In this document: piece after piece, positions 45,048 to 54,400 of the stretch
How the letters are laid out: every line of letters starts with the position of its first letter
How positions within the stretch are numbered: position 1 is the stretch's first letter
DNA from: a virus
Taxonomy: Duplodnaviria > Caudoviricetes
IMG/VR virus record: IMGVR_UViG_3300017777_002652
Span: 1 to 54,586 of that record
Direction: 5' to 3' (one strand)
DNA length: 54,586 nt
Notes under the pieces: model-generated
Databases searched by the model: none
Seen by the model: the letters and a program-made list of their open reading frames with translations, nothing else
Told to the model about the DNA's origin: nothing
Position numbers and translations under genes: made by a program

Positions 45048-47999
45048 TTAATTATAACCCACCCAAGGTACGATTGTTGGAGCTGCTGGTGGTGGTAATT
45101 GTAGAACATATGTGCCATTTATTGTTGCTATATGCTGTTGAAATATTCTTGAGATTTCTCCTACGTAATTTGTAATACCTTCCTCGGCTGGAATATTTGC
45201 TGGCGGAGCTGGGAATGTGCCTGGGCTTATAACTACAACCGTTCCAGTTAAGCCAGTACCTTGCCAAGTAGCTCCAGTCCAATATGCCAGTAGTGATTGG
45301 TACAGAGCAAAGGTTAAAAACCGTCCTTCGGAATCAACTCGCTTCTTCAACCTAGCTTTCAGTTTACTATTTATCTGCTTTTGAATTTTCTCTTGTTTTT
45401 GCTTAAGCACTTCCTCAAGCGGCCTAGCCAACTTCGTCTCTACGAAATTATCAATTAATCGTTTGACTTTCTTATAATATTTTGCTAGTAAGTCAAACAA
45501 CTTTATAATCAAACTTCCTTGGACCTCTCTACCTAACACATCCTTTGCAAACACTCGAGCAGGTTTGTAAAAAGTTTGCTCTACGTTGTATAAGTAATCT
45601 TGAACCGGTGTTACTGTAAATTGCTCCAATCTTAAATCTAGCACAAAATTCAATAGTCGCAGTGGATCAGCTCCGCTTTGTATTATTTCAATGAAATTGA
45701 TAACGGCCTGTCTAACGCTATTCACTGCTTGGTTATTTGCTAAAGACAATCGCAACTGGCTCACTATTGCATCCTCATTCTGCTGTGTTAGCTCTTCCAT
45801 CAGTTTTCCAATCAGCAAGACTGCATCTAATAATTTCCAGTTTTTCTTTATTTCAATAAGTATAGCATTGTTTGGCCGTTCATTTGCTATAATACGACTA
45901 AGTTGTGAGTAGTTCCTAAACAAGCTGTTCAGCGGTCCTTCGTTTGGCTGCAAGTTGATGCTCCCCTGCGCTAAATTACTAGCTATATTGGCTCCATCGT
46001 TAATTCCAGCTGCGGCAAATGCTACTGCCTCTGCAATAACAAATATATCCCTCTTTTGCTGTAGTTCCTCATCAACCTCTTCTTTTATAGAATTTGCTTT
46101 TTCTCTTGCAGACTCAACCTGCGCAATCTGCTGTTTAAACACAGTCTTTGCATATTCCTTTAATTTTAACTCAGCCTCTTCTCTATATCGTTCTACTCTG
46201 TTTGTTAGTTCTGCTATTTTTGATTCTAACTTAACCTTTATTTTCTCTATTTTAAGAAATAACTTATTTAGCTTTACAAAAAAATCCTTTGCTGACAGTC
46301 TATCGAAGAGGTCGGCATCTAATTGCCTGTTAGCTTTTTTATACGGTCTGCCATCTATAAGCGCGCTAATCTGCTCATAAGAATCCAGTGCGTCATAATA
46401 CAGCCTCTGTCCTCTCACATATAATTGATTATATCTTTCTGATCTTCTTTGTAAGAACTCCGTTATGTCAAGCGGGCCCGCTAATCCGGCAAACACTGGT
46501 GCTAACAGTATAGTACTGTATCTATTTAACGACTGTTCAGTTAAATTGCGCAGCACTGTTCTAGTATTCAATTCTATGTCTCTAGCTGAAAAAACCAAAG
46601 CATTTGCTGTTGCAGCTGGATCGTTTATAAGGTTTGTTAAGCCGGTAAGCTTCTCTGTCCCTGATATGACCGATATGCCTAAATCTTCAAATTGGCTACT
46701 GATTTGATCGTACTGATTTTTGTATAGGCTACCTAGCTGCTCATACTGTAGCACTGTCTGTGTGGCTTCCTGTTCCAGTTGTGATACAAAACTCGTTATT
46801 TCACTTATCGTATCATCTATTAAACGAAAGGCTTCGGGTATAATTAATAGTACTCTCTGAACCGTCTGTATGCTATCATTTATTAGTCTTGCAATCTCTA
46901 GCGCCTTATTCACCCTCTCCTTAACTTCGGAGTTTATGACTTCAACCTTCTCAGCTATAAATTGTATCTTAGACTGGAGCTTTGTTACATTTGCATTCTT
47001 CAGCGCCAACTCCTGACCTTTTCTTTCTAAAATTATTTGGTACTTTTCAATTCTACTTGTAACTTCCCTCGTTATTCGTTCTAGTATAGTCTCTCTTAAT
47101 CTTTTATTGGCTCTTAATCTCTTATTAATATCATTAATACGCCTATCTATTCTTTCCAAACCCTCTGATATGCTGCGAATATCAGGATCACTCGATGCCA
47201 GATCTGCTAGTAATATTACTGCTAGTCGTGGATTGATAACCGCTTCAACCACTTTAATGAGGGCTTGGATTAAGCCACTCAATTTGTCAAGGGTTGACTT
47301 GAGTATCTGGCCGGTTAGCGTTAAATCGCCAACTAGATCAGTGCCCAAAGATAATATGAATGATGGGATTGATGCTATCTCCTGCAGCTTAGCTGCTAAG
47401 TTAAATGGTGTAAGTCCATTTAATATACCACTAACCCTACCTGGTAGTGCCTGTACTACCTCTATCTTTGTTATATACTTATCTGGTAGTCCAATAAACG
47501 GTCCTGTCTGCTGCGCAGCTATTTGATCGAGCAACAGAGTAACATCACTATTCGCAATGTTATTAAATTGATCAACCTTATTGTTTACTGCTCTTATCGC
47601 TATCTGTACAACCCGCTCCAATTCTATGCCAACAAGAGCTAAATCCTGTAGTAGGTTCTTTTGATCCTCAATGGCTTGAAATAACTGAGTTTGCAGTTCT
47701 CTACCCTTACTCTGCAAAGTATCGATATTTGTTGCTATCTCTTCGATGTTATCCTTGAGTAATGATATATCGGCTGTTTTATAATACAGCTTGAGTATGT
47801 TGGCCATTAACTGTTCGCGAGGTGCTGAGGTTGTGAATGTTCCTGTACCTGGAACTGTGCCTGTTGGTGTGCCGGTTTGTATTGTTAGATTGTAATATTG
47901 TGCTATTTTTTCAGCCAACGCATCACCACCAAATACCTGACCTGCTGTTATGTCTGCCAGTAATGGTTGTTCGAATGTTGCCTTAAATTGTACGGGCAT
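45048..47999 (-). CDS. Long coiled-coil/helical virion protein next to the spike gene
   Basis: 983 aa; ~800 aa helical core between short G/P-rich termini. Confidence 0.7.
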   Translation of the reverse strand: MPVQFKATFEQPLLADITAGQVFGGDALAEKIAQYYNLTIQTGTPTGTVPGTGTFTTSAPREQLMANILKLYYKTADISLLKDNIEEIATNIDTLQSKGRELQTQLFQAIEDQKNLLQDLALVGIELERVVQIAIRAVNNKVDQFNNIANSDVTLLLDQIAAQQTGPFIGLPDKYITKIEVVQALPGRVSGILNGLTPFNLAAKLQEIASIPSFILSLGTDLVGDLTLTGQILKSTLDKLSGLIQALIKVVEAVINPRLAVILLADLASSDPDIRSISEGLERIDRRINDINKRLRANKRLRETILERITREVTSRIEKYQIILERKGQELALKNANVTKLQSKIQFIAEKVEVINSEVKERVNKALEIARLINDSIQTVQRVLLIIPEAFRLIDDTISEITSFVSQLEQEATQTVLQYEQLGSLYKNQYDQISSQFEDLGISVISGTEKLTGLTNLINDPAATANALVFSARDIELNTRTVLRNLTEQSLNRYSTILLAPVFAGLAGPLDITEFLQRRSERYNQLYVRGQRLYYDALDSYEQISALIDGRPYKKANRQLDADLFDRLSAKDFFVKLNKLFLKIEKIKVKLESKIAELTNRVERYREEAELKLKEYAKTVFKQQIAQVESAREKANSIKEEVDEELQQKRDIFVIAEAVAFAAAGINDGANIASNLAQGSINLQPNEGPLNSLFRNYSQLSRIIANERPNNAILIEIKKNWKLLDAVLLIGKLMEELTQQNEDAIVSQLRLSLANNQAVNSVRQAVINFIEIIQSGADPLRLLNFVLDLRLEQFTVTPVQDYLYNVEQTFYKPARVFAKDVLGREVQGSLIIKLFDLLAKYYKKVKRLIDNFVETKLARPLEEVLKQKQEKIQKQINSKLKARLKKRVDSEGRFLTFALYQSLLAYWTGATWQGTGLTGTVVVISPGTFPAPPANIPAEEGITNYVGEISRIFQQHIATINGTYVLQLPPPAAPTIVPWVGYN

Positions 48000-48008
48000 C
48001 AGTAGTTA

Positions 48009-49574
48009 CTAAAATTGATTAAATAACGTGTACTGTAGGTTTTTTACTTTAGAAGTACGCCAATTCTGCATAAACGCATTGAAGTCGCCAGCAGTAGCCC
48101 AAACCTGGCAGCCGGCTGAATACCCGTTCACTCGTGTCGTTGTTCCCGTTGCTGATCCTCTGTGTATATTAATACCAAACAAACCGGTCTGCGTAGATGT
48201 ACCGTCCCCTGCTCTTTTGTTTAGATTATTATCTCTATTTACGGTAACACCGCCTCGTTGCGTTCCTGCATCATATTTACCTTGATGCTTACCTATGCTG
48301 TGTACCTCATATTGACCTGGGGTTAGTACTGCTGCGCCGGTTGTGTTAAATTCCTTAAATCCACCCGACAAAACAGACCCTCCGGGATTCGTTGTCGATT
48401 TATAGTACGACAACTCACCGTTATTTATAACAATAAACATATCATCAAACTGATCATACGCATCAGCACCTGATCTGATACCGACTAACGCAAATGTTCT
48501 GTTTAATGGTCCGTATCCTAGTTGGGATGCCCGAGTCTGCAGCTGCTGCAATGTGTATTGTGGTATTGTGCCAATTGGTGGTGGTGGTTGTGGCGTTGCC
48601 GCTACGGCACTTTGATCCGATAGAGTTGTTACTATATTTCCTGATAAGTTATCATTAGCATCTGGTGGTGGTGGTGGGCCTGGATCATCTACTTTTAAAT
48701 GACTTCTTCCGTCAACATATGCATAGGTACTTATCATCTCCGGAATACGTGCATTCAGCTTTTTTAAGTTATATTGGGAATCTCCAGCACTTATATATCC
48801 TGGACCGGCTGGTGTGTTGATTTGTACTGTCTGTATTGTTAAGATCAAATCACTCAACCAATCCGCTAGTTTGTTTCCTAGAATAAGTGGGTCATAATCT
48901 CGATCAGGAGTTGCAACATTACGCTCATTACCCAACACTGACAGCTCTGCTTTTGCAAGATCTCTCTGTGTTGGTGATACTGCCGATTCTGCTATATTGT
49001 TTACATTAATTTTAATTGGATCATTGAGTGTGCCAGTACCTAGCTGTGGCTGTACCGACAGATCAACGCCGCCTGGTATACCGGTCTCCTCTGGTGGGTT
49101 AGGTGCTGGTGCGGGTTTTGGTGTTGTGAATGGCAAACCTTTATTTGGTACGCCGAGAAACAAACCTTGATCACCAAATAAAGTTATCTCCTCATCTGTA
49201 TCAACATTAAATGTACCTTTGCTCGACACTGCAATACCATCGCTACTAAATAACATTAAATAATCATCGTAGCTATTTAATATTATTCTGCCTGAATTTA
49301 TCAGTATCTGCTTTCCAGCGTAAGTGTTCTCTTGGGTATTTGTATTAATACCTAGGAGCTCCTGCAATTCTACATCTGTCCTAGCTTCTGACGTGAATCC
49401 ATCCTGGGGCCTAAATGCATCAATCTCAATAAAGATTGGATCTGGCTGCGCTATTTGTGCTGATGGAACTTGTAGTTCTGCGGCTAAGCCATCAATCCCG
49501 AGATTAGACGTACCTGGTGATCTCTGCTGTACACGATCTTTTATTTGATTATATGTTAGTTGTACAGATGCCAT
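48009..49574 (-). CDS. gp5-like spike C-terminal part with YkuD/L,D-transpeptidase-like peptidoglycan-active domain
   Basis: YAGKQILINSGRIILNS...beta-strand repeats; Pro-rich linkers; C-terminal LTPGQY...FGINIHRG...SAGCQV (His...SxGC). Confidence 0.72.
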   Translation of the reverse strand: MASVQLTYNQIKDRVQQRSPGTSNLGIDGLAAELQVPSAQIAQPDPIFIEIDAFRPQDGFTSEARTDVELQELLGINTNTQENTYAGKQILINSGRIILNSYDDYLMLFSSDGIAVSSKGTFNVDTDEEITLFGDQGLFLGVPNKGLPFTTPKPAPAPNPPEETGIPGGVDLSVQPQLGTGTLNDPIKINVNNIAESAVSPTQRDLAKAELSVLGNERNVATPDRDYDPLILGNKLADWLSDLILTIQTVQINTPAGPGYISAGDSQYNLKKLNARIPEMISTYAYVDGRSHLKVDDPGPPPPPDANDNLSGNIVTTLSDQSAVAATPQPPPPIGTIPQYTLQQLQTRASQLGYGPLNRTFALVGIRSGADAYDQFDDMFIVINNGELSYYKSTTNPGGSVLSGGFKEFNTTGAAVLTPGQYEVHSIGKHQGKYDAGTQRGGVTVNRDNNLNKRAGDGTSTQTGLFGINIHRGSATGTTTRVNGYSAGCQVWATAGDFNAFMQNWRTSKVKNLQYTLFNQF

Positions 49575-50491
49575 TATGTTGTAAAGATAAAGGTTGTTAC
49601 TTTATACTGTTGATAAAGTGATGCTACATAGGCTGCTAGTTGTACTTGCCTTGCTGGGTCCTTGTCGTTTTGTACAGCCGGTGTGCGTATGGACTCTACT
49701 AGTGCATATTCACAGCGAGCTAGAAGGTCTACAATACTATCCCTTTTACCATCTCCAGATACAAGCTGATTTACATAACTTGTGCGTAGCTTTGTGTCAG
49801 CAGTTGTAGCCGATGCTACGTAATTTGCTCTTGCTGCAAGTAGTTTTGCTGATAACTTCACTAATTCCGTTGTTTGAAAACTAGCAGTTGAGCTTTGGAT
49901 CTTATCGGCTAAAGTTGCACCTGGACCTGGAATTAGTGTATAAATTTTCGTTAGGTAGCTATCGTTGCTGGGCTGACCACTTAGCCATGCTGTAGAAAAG
50001 AGTTGAATGGCTAACCATGGATCGGCTGTACCTATTTCGTTATATTTGTCTTTTGAGTAGTTATAATATGCCCATGCAAAAAGTTGAACTATTGGCATAC
50101 TCTCGCCAAGTATCTTAAACACCTCAGCTACGTAAGTTGGATTACTTCTCCAACCAGTTGCTTGTAATTGTGTTATGCCAGACTGCGCATACGTTGCGAA
50201 AATGGGTAGTGGATTATCTGTTTGCAGATACTCAAGCATTATTGGTGTTGTCAGTCCATTATATGCTGTTTTGCTTTTATCTTTAACATCTTGTACATAG
50301 CCAGACTGCCAAGATACCATCCACGGATACCAAACCCTCTCAAATACCATATTCTGTATGCCATAAGATAACGGACCATATCCTTCACTAACTCTAGCAG
50401 ATGCTCTACTGTCTTGACCAGCAAGCTGAATTGCGTTCGTGAGCTGTGCTCTTAATGCCAATGCTGCATTTCTTACATCACCTACGCTCAT
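49574..50491 (-). CDS. Hypothetical helical protein between hub/spike genes
   Basis: 305 aa; overlaps both neighbours. Confidence 0.7.
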   Translation of the reverse strand: MSVGDVRNAALALRAQLTNAIQLAGQDSRASARVSEGYGPLSYGIQNMVFERVWYPWMVSWQSGYVQDVKDKSKTAYNGLTTPIMLEYLQTDNPLPIFATYAQSGITQLQATGWRSNPTYVAEVFKILGESMPIVQLFAWAYYNYSKDKYNEIGTADPWLAIQLFSTAWLSGQPSNDSYLTKIYTLIPGPGATLADKIQSSTASFQTTELVKLSAKLLAARANYVASATTADTKLRTSYVNQLVSGDGKRDSIVDLLARCEYALVESIRTPAVQNDKDPARQVQLAAYVASLYQQYKVTTFIFTT

Positions 50492-51435
50492 AGTGTTGTC
50501 TTTGTTGGCTGTGGTGCGTTATTAGCTGGTGGTTGTAGGCCTAGATTAGTTCTCCAAGTTCGCAGGCCGGCATTTGCTATTTGCAACTTTAGTGATACTT
50601 GCTGGTTTTGACACAAATATACACTTGACCCATCTTTGTTAATATCTTCGACAGTCAGCTGCTCGAAATTTTCTTTGGATAAATCTAATTCAATATCCTC
50701 CGGCTGCCTTGTGCGCATGATAATAATTGGATCACCTGAGGAACCAACCTTAGACCAAGTTGATTGATTGTTATTAAGCTCGTCCTCGTTTGCAGGACCT
50801 ATCACCGCCTGCCCGTAGTTGTTTGGATTTGCTATTGTTGAACCAAGTCTTATAGAATTGCCAAACCTACCTTGGACAATTGTATCCCCATCATAAGGCC
50901 TTAATCTTTTTATTTGTCGCCTTAAGAAAGTATTGAAGCGATCTTCATGCCTCTTTGCAGCTGTCTCCACTAAATTGACCGTATTACCGTCGATACTCTT
51001 TAGCAGCTTGGATGCAGTAGTGCCTGCAAAAGGCACTCCATTGTAGTTTAGTAGTGTTAGGTTTGTTATTGTACTAAGGTACACATCTCTAATCAAAACA
51101 TCATTCCCAGATAAATAATCTCCAGGTGCTGCTTTCATTACAACTACAAACTCACCAGGTAGTGGTATCTTAGTTGTCGATATATCAACTGGATATGCTA
51201 AGGTTGCTAAGGAGCTCTCCTCTTTGCCTATATCGCGGCCACTATCAAGATTTCTCACAATCGCGGCACCAAGATCACTTTCCGATGTATATTTAGCGTG
51301 TTGTTTTGATAATACTACATCAACAACCTCAGCTATATACAACCTACTCCCTATTACCGACTTACTAGGTGTTGTGCCTGTTGATTCGTATAGGTTAGCT
51401 AACCCTTTAAATATTGAGCTAAACCTTACAGCCAT
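50488..51435 (-). CDS. gp5-like baseplate hub N-terminal (OB-fold) protein
   Basis: AEVVDV...LAYP...IPLPGEFVVV, then LRPYDGDTIVQGRFGNSIRLGST. Confidence 0.65.
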   Translation of the reverse strand: MAVRFSSIFKGLANLYESTGTTPSKSVIGSRLYIAEVVDVVLSKQHAKYTSESDLGAAIVRNLDSGRDIGKEESSLATLAYPVDISTTKIPLPGEFVVVMKAAPGDYLSGNDVLIRDVYLSTITNLTLLNYNGVPFAGTTASKLLKSIDGNTVNLVETAAKRHEDRFNTFLRRQIKRLRPYDGDTIVQGRFGNSIRLGSTIANPNNYGQAVIGPANEDELNNNQSTWSKVGSSGDPIIIMRTRQPEDIELDLSKENFEQLTVEDINKDGSSVYLCQNQQVSLKLQIANAGLRTWRTNLGLQPPANNAPQPTKTTL

Positions 51436-51779
51436 TACTTTGCGCTATTTAACAGATTTTCAGCCTCTTCCATTAGCTGTCTCTTCTCTTCATCAGTAAG
51501 TCCAAATTCGTCAGATGATTTATTGGTACCTACAGATACTATTAATCGTTGCAATATTGCTGCCAGTCTGACAAGGTGATCGTCGTTTTTTACGGACACT
51601 TCTAAGTACTCTTTAATGAGTGGTACAACAAGTGATGCATCATTCAAACTTCTGATCATGCTACTAAGCTGCTCTACTAGTTTAGTTATCTGTGCTTCCT
51701 TCTTTTTACTGGTATTGTATATATCAGCCAAAACATCAGAAAAAGACTTATCGCTAAATATTACTGTATCCTTATCCAT
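51435..51779 (-). CDS. Hypothetical helical protein
   Basis: 114 aa; PLIKEYLEVSVKNDDHLVRLAAILQRL; preceded by a TATATATA tract. Confidence 0.75.
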   Translation of the reverse strand: MDKDTVIFSDKSFSDVLADIYNTSKKKEAQITKLVEQLSSMIRSLNDASLVVPLIKEYLEVSVKNDDHLVRLAAILQRLIVSVGTNKSSDEFGLTDEEKRQLMEEAENLLNSAK

Positions 51780-51817
51780 AAACGCTGCTTTTATATATAT
51801 ACTAGCTTTTATAATTT

Positions 51818-52069
51818 TTACTCAGCTGAGGGGCTATTTAATACATGCTCCTCTAAGTATTTCATTATCTTCTTACTTTGTACCCCTGCTATCCACTCTA
51901 TAAAATTATCATAATAGCCATCCTTGCGTAGTTGTTCTACATCTACATTATTTGGATCAAACTCATATGCATTATAGTTTGGTGCAGTACCACAGACAGC
52001 GTTCCATGCACTAGCCTCGGATACTAGTAGCTCTTCCAATTCCTCCTTACGTATAATTATTAAGCCCAC
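51818..52069 (-). CDS. Small hypothetical protein (GTG start)
   Basis: 83 aa; TAGTG overlap with the sigma gene stop. Confidence 0.55.
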   Translation of the reverse strand: MGLIIIRKEELEELLVSEASAWNAVCGTAPNYNAYEFDPNNVDVEQLRKDGYYDNFIEWIAGVQSKKIMKYLEEHVLNSPSAE

Positions 52070-52782
52070 TAGTATACGTGGTTTTTGCGAATACTACCGT
52101 TTTTGATAAAATCCTGTTGCATGCACTTGTATTTTCCCTTAAAGTTTTTTACAACTCTAGTTATCTGTGGTGTTGATACGTTGTACATTTCTTTAATATA
52201 TAAATAGATTGCCTTTTTGTTAAATAGGTCAATTTTATCTTTATGCTGTAGTAGCTGTATAATCGCAGCTACAATCTGTCGATCCTGAGGTCTTGTATAT
52301 ATGTATTCTAGATTATCATCCCAATATTCGATGAACTGGGCTACGAACATCTCAAGGGTCATCTCCGTTCTCTCTAATTTACTCTCATCCAAATCATAAC
52401 TAAGTGCCGATGTGCCTCTGTCTGAGATGTCAGATATCTCAGTTCTGTTGATTAAACGCTTGTAATTTTTTCTAGTCTTTAGTATGCAATAGTTTCTTGC
52501 TACAACTGTAAAAAAGCTAAAGCCCTTTCCTTTATCTCTTGTGTAGTTTGGAAATTTCTCCAGTAGAAATATGACAACTGAATGTTTAAAGTCCTGATAT
52601 GACTCGGAATCCATATAATAAAACTTATAACTGCGGATAACATTCTCCACCAATTTGTTTATAGCGTACTCAATTTTATTTTCATATACTTTACCACGTA
52701 TAACTGGATCTGCTGTATTATTATATTCTATTATAGCCTCATCAACCTCGGGCCCGAAATACTCTTTCTTATTCTTTTTCAT
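52069..52782 (-). CDS. Phage late-transcription sigma factor (gp55-like)
   Basis: KEYF...AIIEY...KLVENVI...KF...FPNYTRDKGKGFSFFTVVARNYCI is the sigma region 2 pattern; helical C-terminal domain follows. Confidence 0.75.
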   Translation of the reverse strand: MKKNKKEYFGPEVDEAIIEYNNTADPVIRGKVYENKIEYAINKLVENVIRSYKFYYMDSESYQDFKHSVVIFLLEKFPNYTRDKGKGFSFFTVVARNYCILKTRKNYKRLINRTEISDISDRGTSALSYDLDESKLERTEMTLEMFVAQFIEYWDDNLEYIYTRPQDRQIVAAIIQLLQHKDKIDLFNKKAIYLYIKEMYNVSTPQITRVVKNFKGKYKCMQQDFIKNGSIRKNHVY

Positions 52783-53077
52783 TTGATTCCTCTAAGTGTG
52801 TTTTTATAAAAGTATCCAGCTCATCAATGCACTCCTGCAGTGCTACAAAGGTTTGTCCCACCTCGTCGTCAGCCTTAAATGATCCTCTATGATCTATAAT
52901 GTCCATTTCCATTTTTACATCACGTACGCGCTGTATCGCAGCATAAATGAAGTCGGCATACCATCGTGCATAAATAATTGCCATCTGCTCCCTTTTATAC
53001 GCTAATTTCCAGCCGTGTACTGCTACTGCGCAGAATAATACTAGTATTACAACTACTATGCTTAAAAATACTATCAT
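52769..53077 (-). CDS. Membrane-anchored hypothetical protein
   Basis: N-terminal TM MIVFLSIVVVILVLFCAVAV; likely start 53077 (track start 53095). Confidence 0.7.
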   Translation of the reverse strand: MIVFLSIVVVILVLFCAVAVHGWKLAYKREQMAIIYARWYADFIYAAIQRVRDVKMEMDIIDHRGSFKADDEVGQTFVALQECIDELDTFIKTHLEESNEKE

Positions 53078-53078
53078 A

Positions 53079-53807
53079 TTAGAATAAATTTCCAAAGATA
53101 TCTTTCAACTCATCCGTACTCGCCTTCGTAGCTAGTGGATTTTCCTTTTTTACAGATTCCCTCTTTTGGCCGCTATTAGCCCACGCTTCGTACTCAATTC
53201 GAGCCGCCATCATGTCTGCGTGATGCAATAGTATGGGTAGGTGTGTTTTTAGTTTGGAACCTGGATCGTAGCTAATGTAGTATGCCTTATTTGCATCGTC
53301 ATACAGGCCATCATGAGTTTTAATAGCAATCCACTCATTCATTGACATTGGTATGTTATGTTGCTGCAATAGAAATAGGCTCCTATCTTGGATTGGCATA
53401 AAGTCCGGAGCTGAGTTCATCTTAAACATTGCTCCTTGGTTTTTCCTGTGCCACTCAGAGTCGTTAGGTAAATACATCTCATGCTCAGCAGTTCCCATCT
53501 TACCTAGATCGTGATTGATTGCTGAGAAGATTAATTCCTCGGTTGTGTAGTTCTCAACACCATCAAAGGCGTTCCATACCTCTTTAAGATTTAATGCTAT
53601 ATTAGCAACGCGCATAACGTGATCAATATAACCACCCACAAATGCATTATGATGATGCTCTTTTGATGATGCTGGCATAGTTGATATGCGGTCTGCATAT
53701 GTATTATAAAAATCTAGTAGCTGTTGCTTCCTTGGCTCTGAGATATGCTTATCTATCAGTGCTAGAAACTTTGTGTAGTTCTCTACAATTTGTTCTGGTG
53801 TATACAT
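53079..53807 (-). CDS. HD-domain phosphohydrolase
   Basis: PASSKEHHHNAFVGGYIDH...NHDLGKMG...IKTHDG...LHHAD. Confidence 0.88.
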   Translation of the reverse strand: MYTPEQIVENYTKFLALIDKHISEPRKQQLLDFYNTYADRISTMPASSKEHHHNAFVGGYIDHVMRVANIALNLKEVWNAFDGVENYTTEELIFSAINHDLGKMGTAEHEMYLPNDSEWHRKNQGAMFKMNSAPDFMPIQDRSLFLLQQHNIPMSMNEWIAIKTHDGLYDDANKAYYISYDPGSKLKTHLPILLHHADMMAARIEYEAWANSGQKRESVKKENPLATKASTDELKDIFGNLF

Positions 53808-54211
53808 TATCGTAACTTTTTATTTATTGCTTTAATCTTCTTTTCTAGAGTCGTTTGTGTTTTCATTGTTTTTACCCGCCTTAGTGATGCCTTCAGCGTA
53901 CCTAGTTCAGCAACAAGATCACTAGATTCCTTTTTGGTTAGCTTCTTTGTGACTTTTGGCTTCGGCTTGACAGCTGTTAATGGTAGCGTACCTTTTAAAT
54001 CTGGTTGCTCTACACCTTTGTGATAAACTGTACCGTCTTTGTGTATATACACGGCCATGAATTTCCAACCTCTTGGCTTGTCACTTGGCTTCTTGTTAAG
54101 TACTTCTGTCTTGTCCCAGTAGTTATCAATACAGCACTGCCAGCATAACACCTTCTCCGCGGAGATAGTCGTCTCTTTTATGGCTGAACCACAGTTATAA
54201 CATTCAATCAT
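53807..54211 (-). CDS. Zinc-ribbon hypothetical protein
   Basis: CYNC...CWQC; likely start ATG 54211 (MIECYNC), just after the upstream stop (track start 54262). Confidence 0.7.
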   Translation of the reverse strand: MIECYNCGSAIKETTISAEKVLCWQCCIDNYWDKTEVLNKKPSDKPRGWKFMAVYIHKDGTVYHKGVEQPDLKGTLPLTAVKPKPKVTKKLTKKESSDLVAELGTLKASLRRVKTMKTQTTLEKKIKAINKKLR

Positions 54212-54212
54212 A

Positions 54213-54395
54213 TTAGAACATGCCATCTTCAAGCATAACGCGTTCAATTGATTTCTCAACACGCATTTTTGCTTGGTTTAACCGGTTAATGATATCCTGG
54301 GTTGTAATCTGCTTAGATTGCAAATCCTGAAGTAGTGTGTGGAGCTTATTATCTGCTTCACTTAATAATTGCATTACAGTGTCTTTGTTTTTCAT
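54213..54395 (-). CDS. Small helical hypothetical protein
   Basis: 60 aa; ATG in A-rich context; abuts the next gene. Confidence 0.65.
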   Translation of the reverse strand: MKNKDTVMQLLSEADNKLHTLLQDLQSKQITTQDIINRLNQAKMRVEKSIERVMLEDGMF

Positions 54396-54400
54396 AATAA

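Noticed and set aside
45048-47999. Tape measure protein call
   Set aside because: No adjacent tube, sheath or chaperone genes in the window and no typical repeat periodicity seen; kept only as an alternative.
49574-50491. GITQL as a lytic transglycosylase motif
   Set aside because: No convincing catalytic E-S motif or AYNxG motif; left as hypothetical.
44-54023. All + strand ORFs in the track (e.g. 1409..1603, 2299..2745, 9968..10579, 22270..22725, 25407..26018, 47107..47526)
   Set aside because: Antisense shadows of well-supported minus-strand genes; the Ser/Phe-rich translations mirror Glu/Lys codons.
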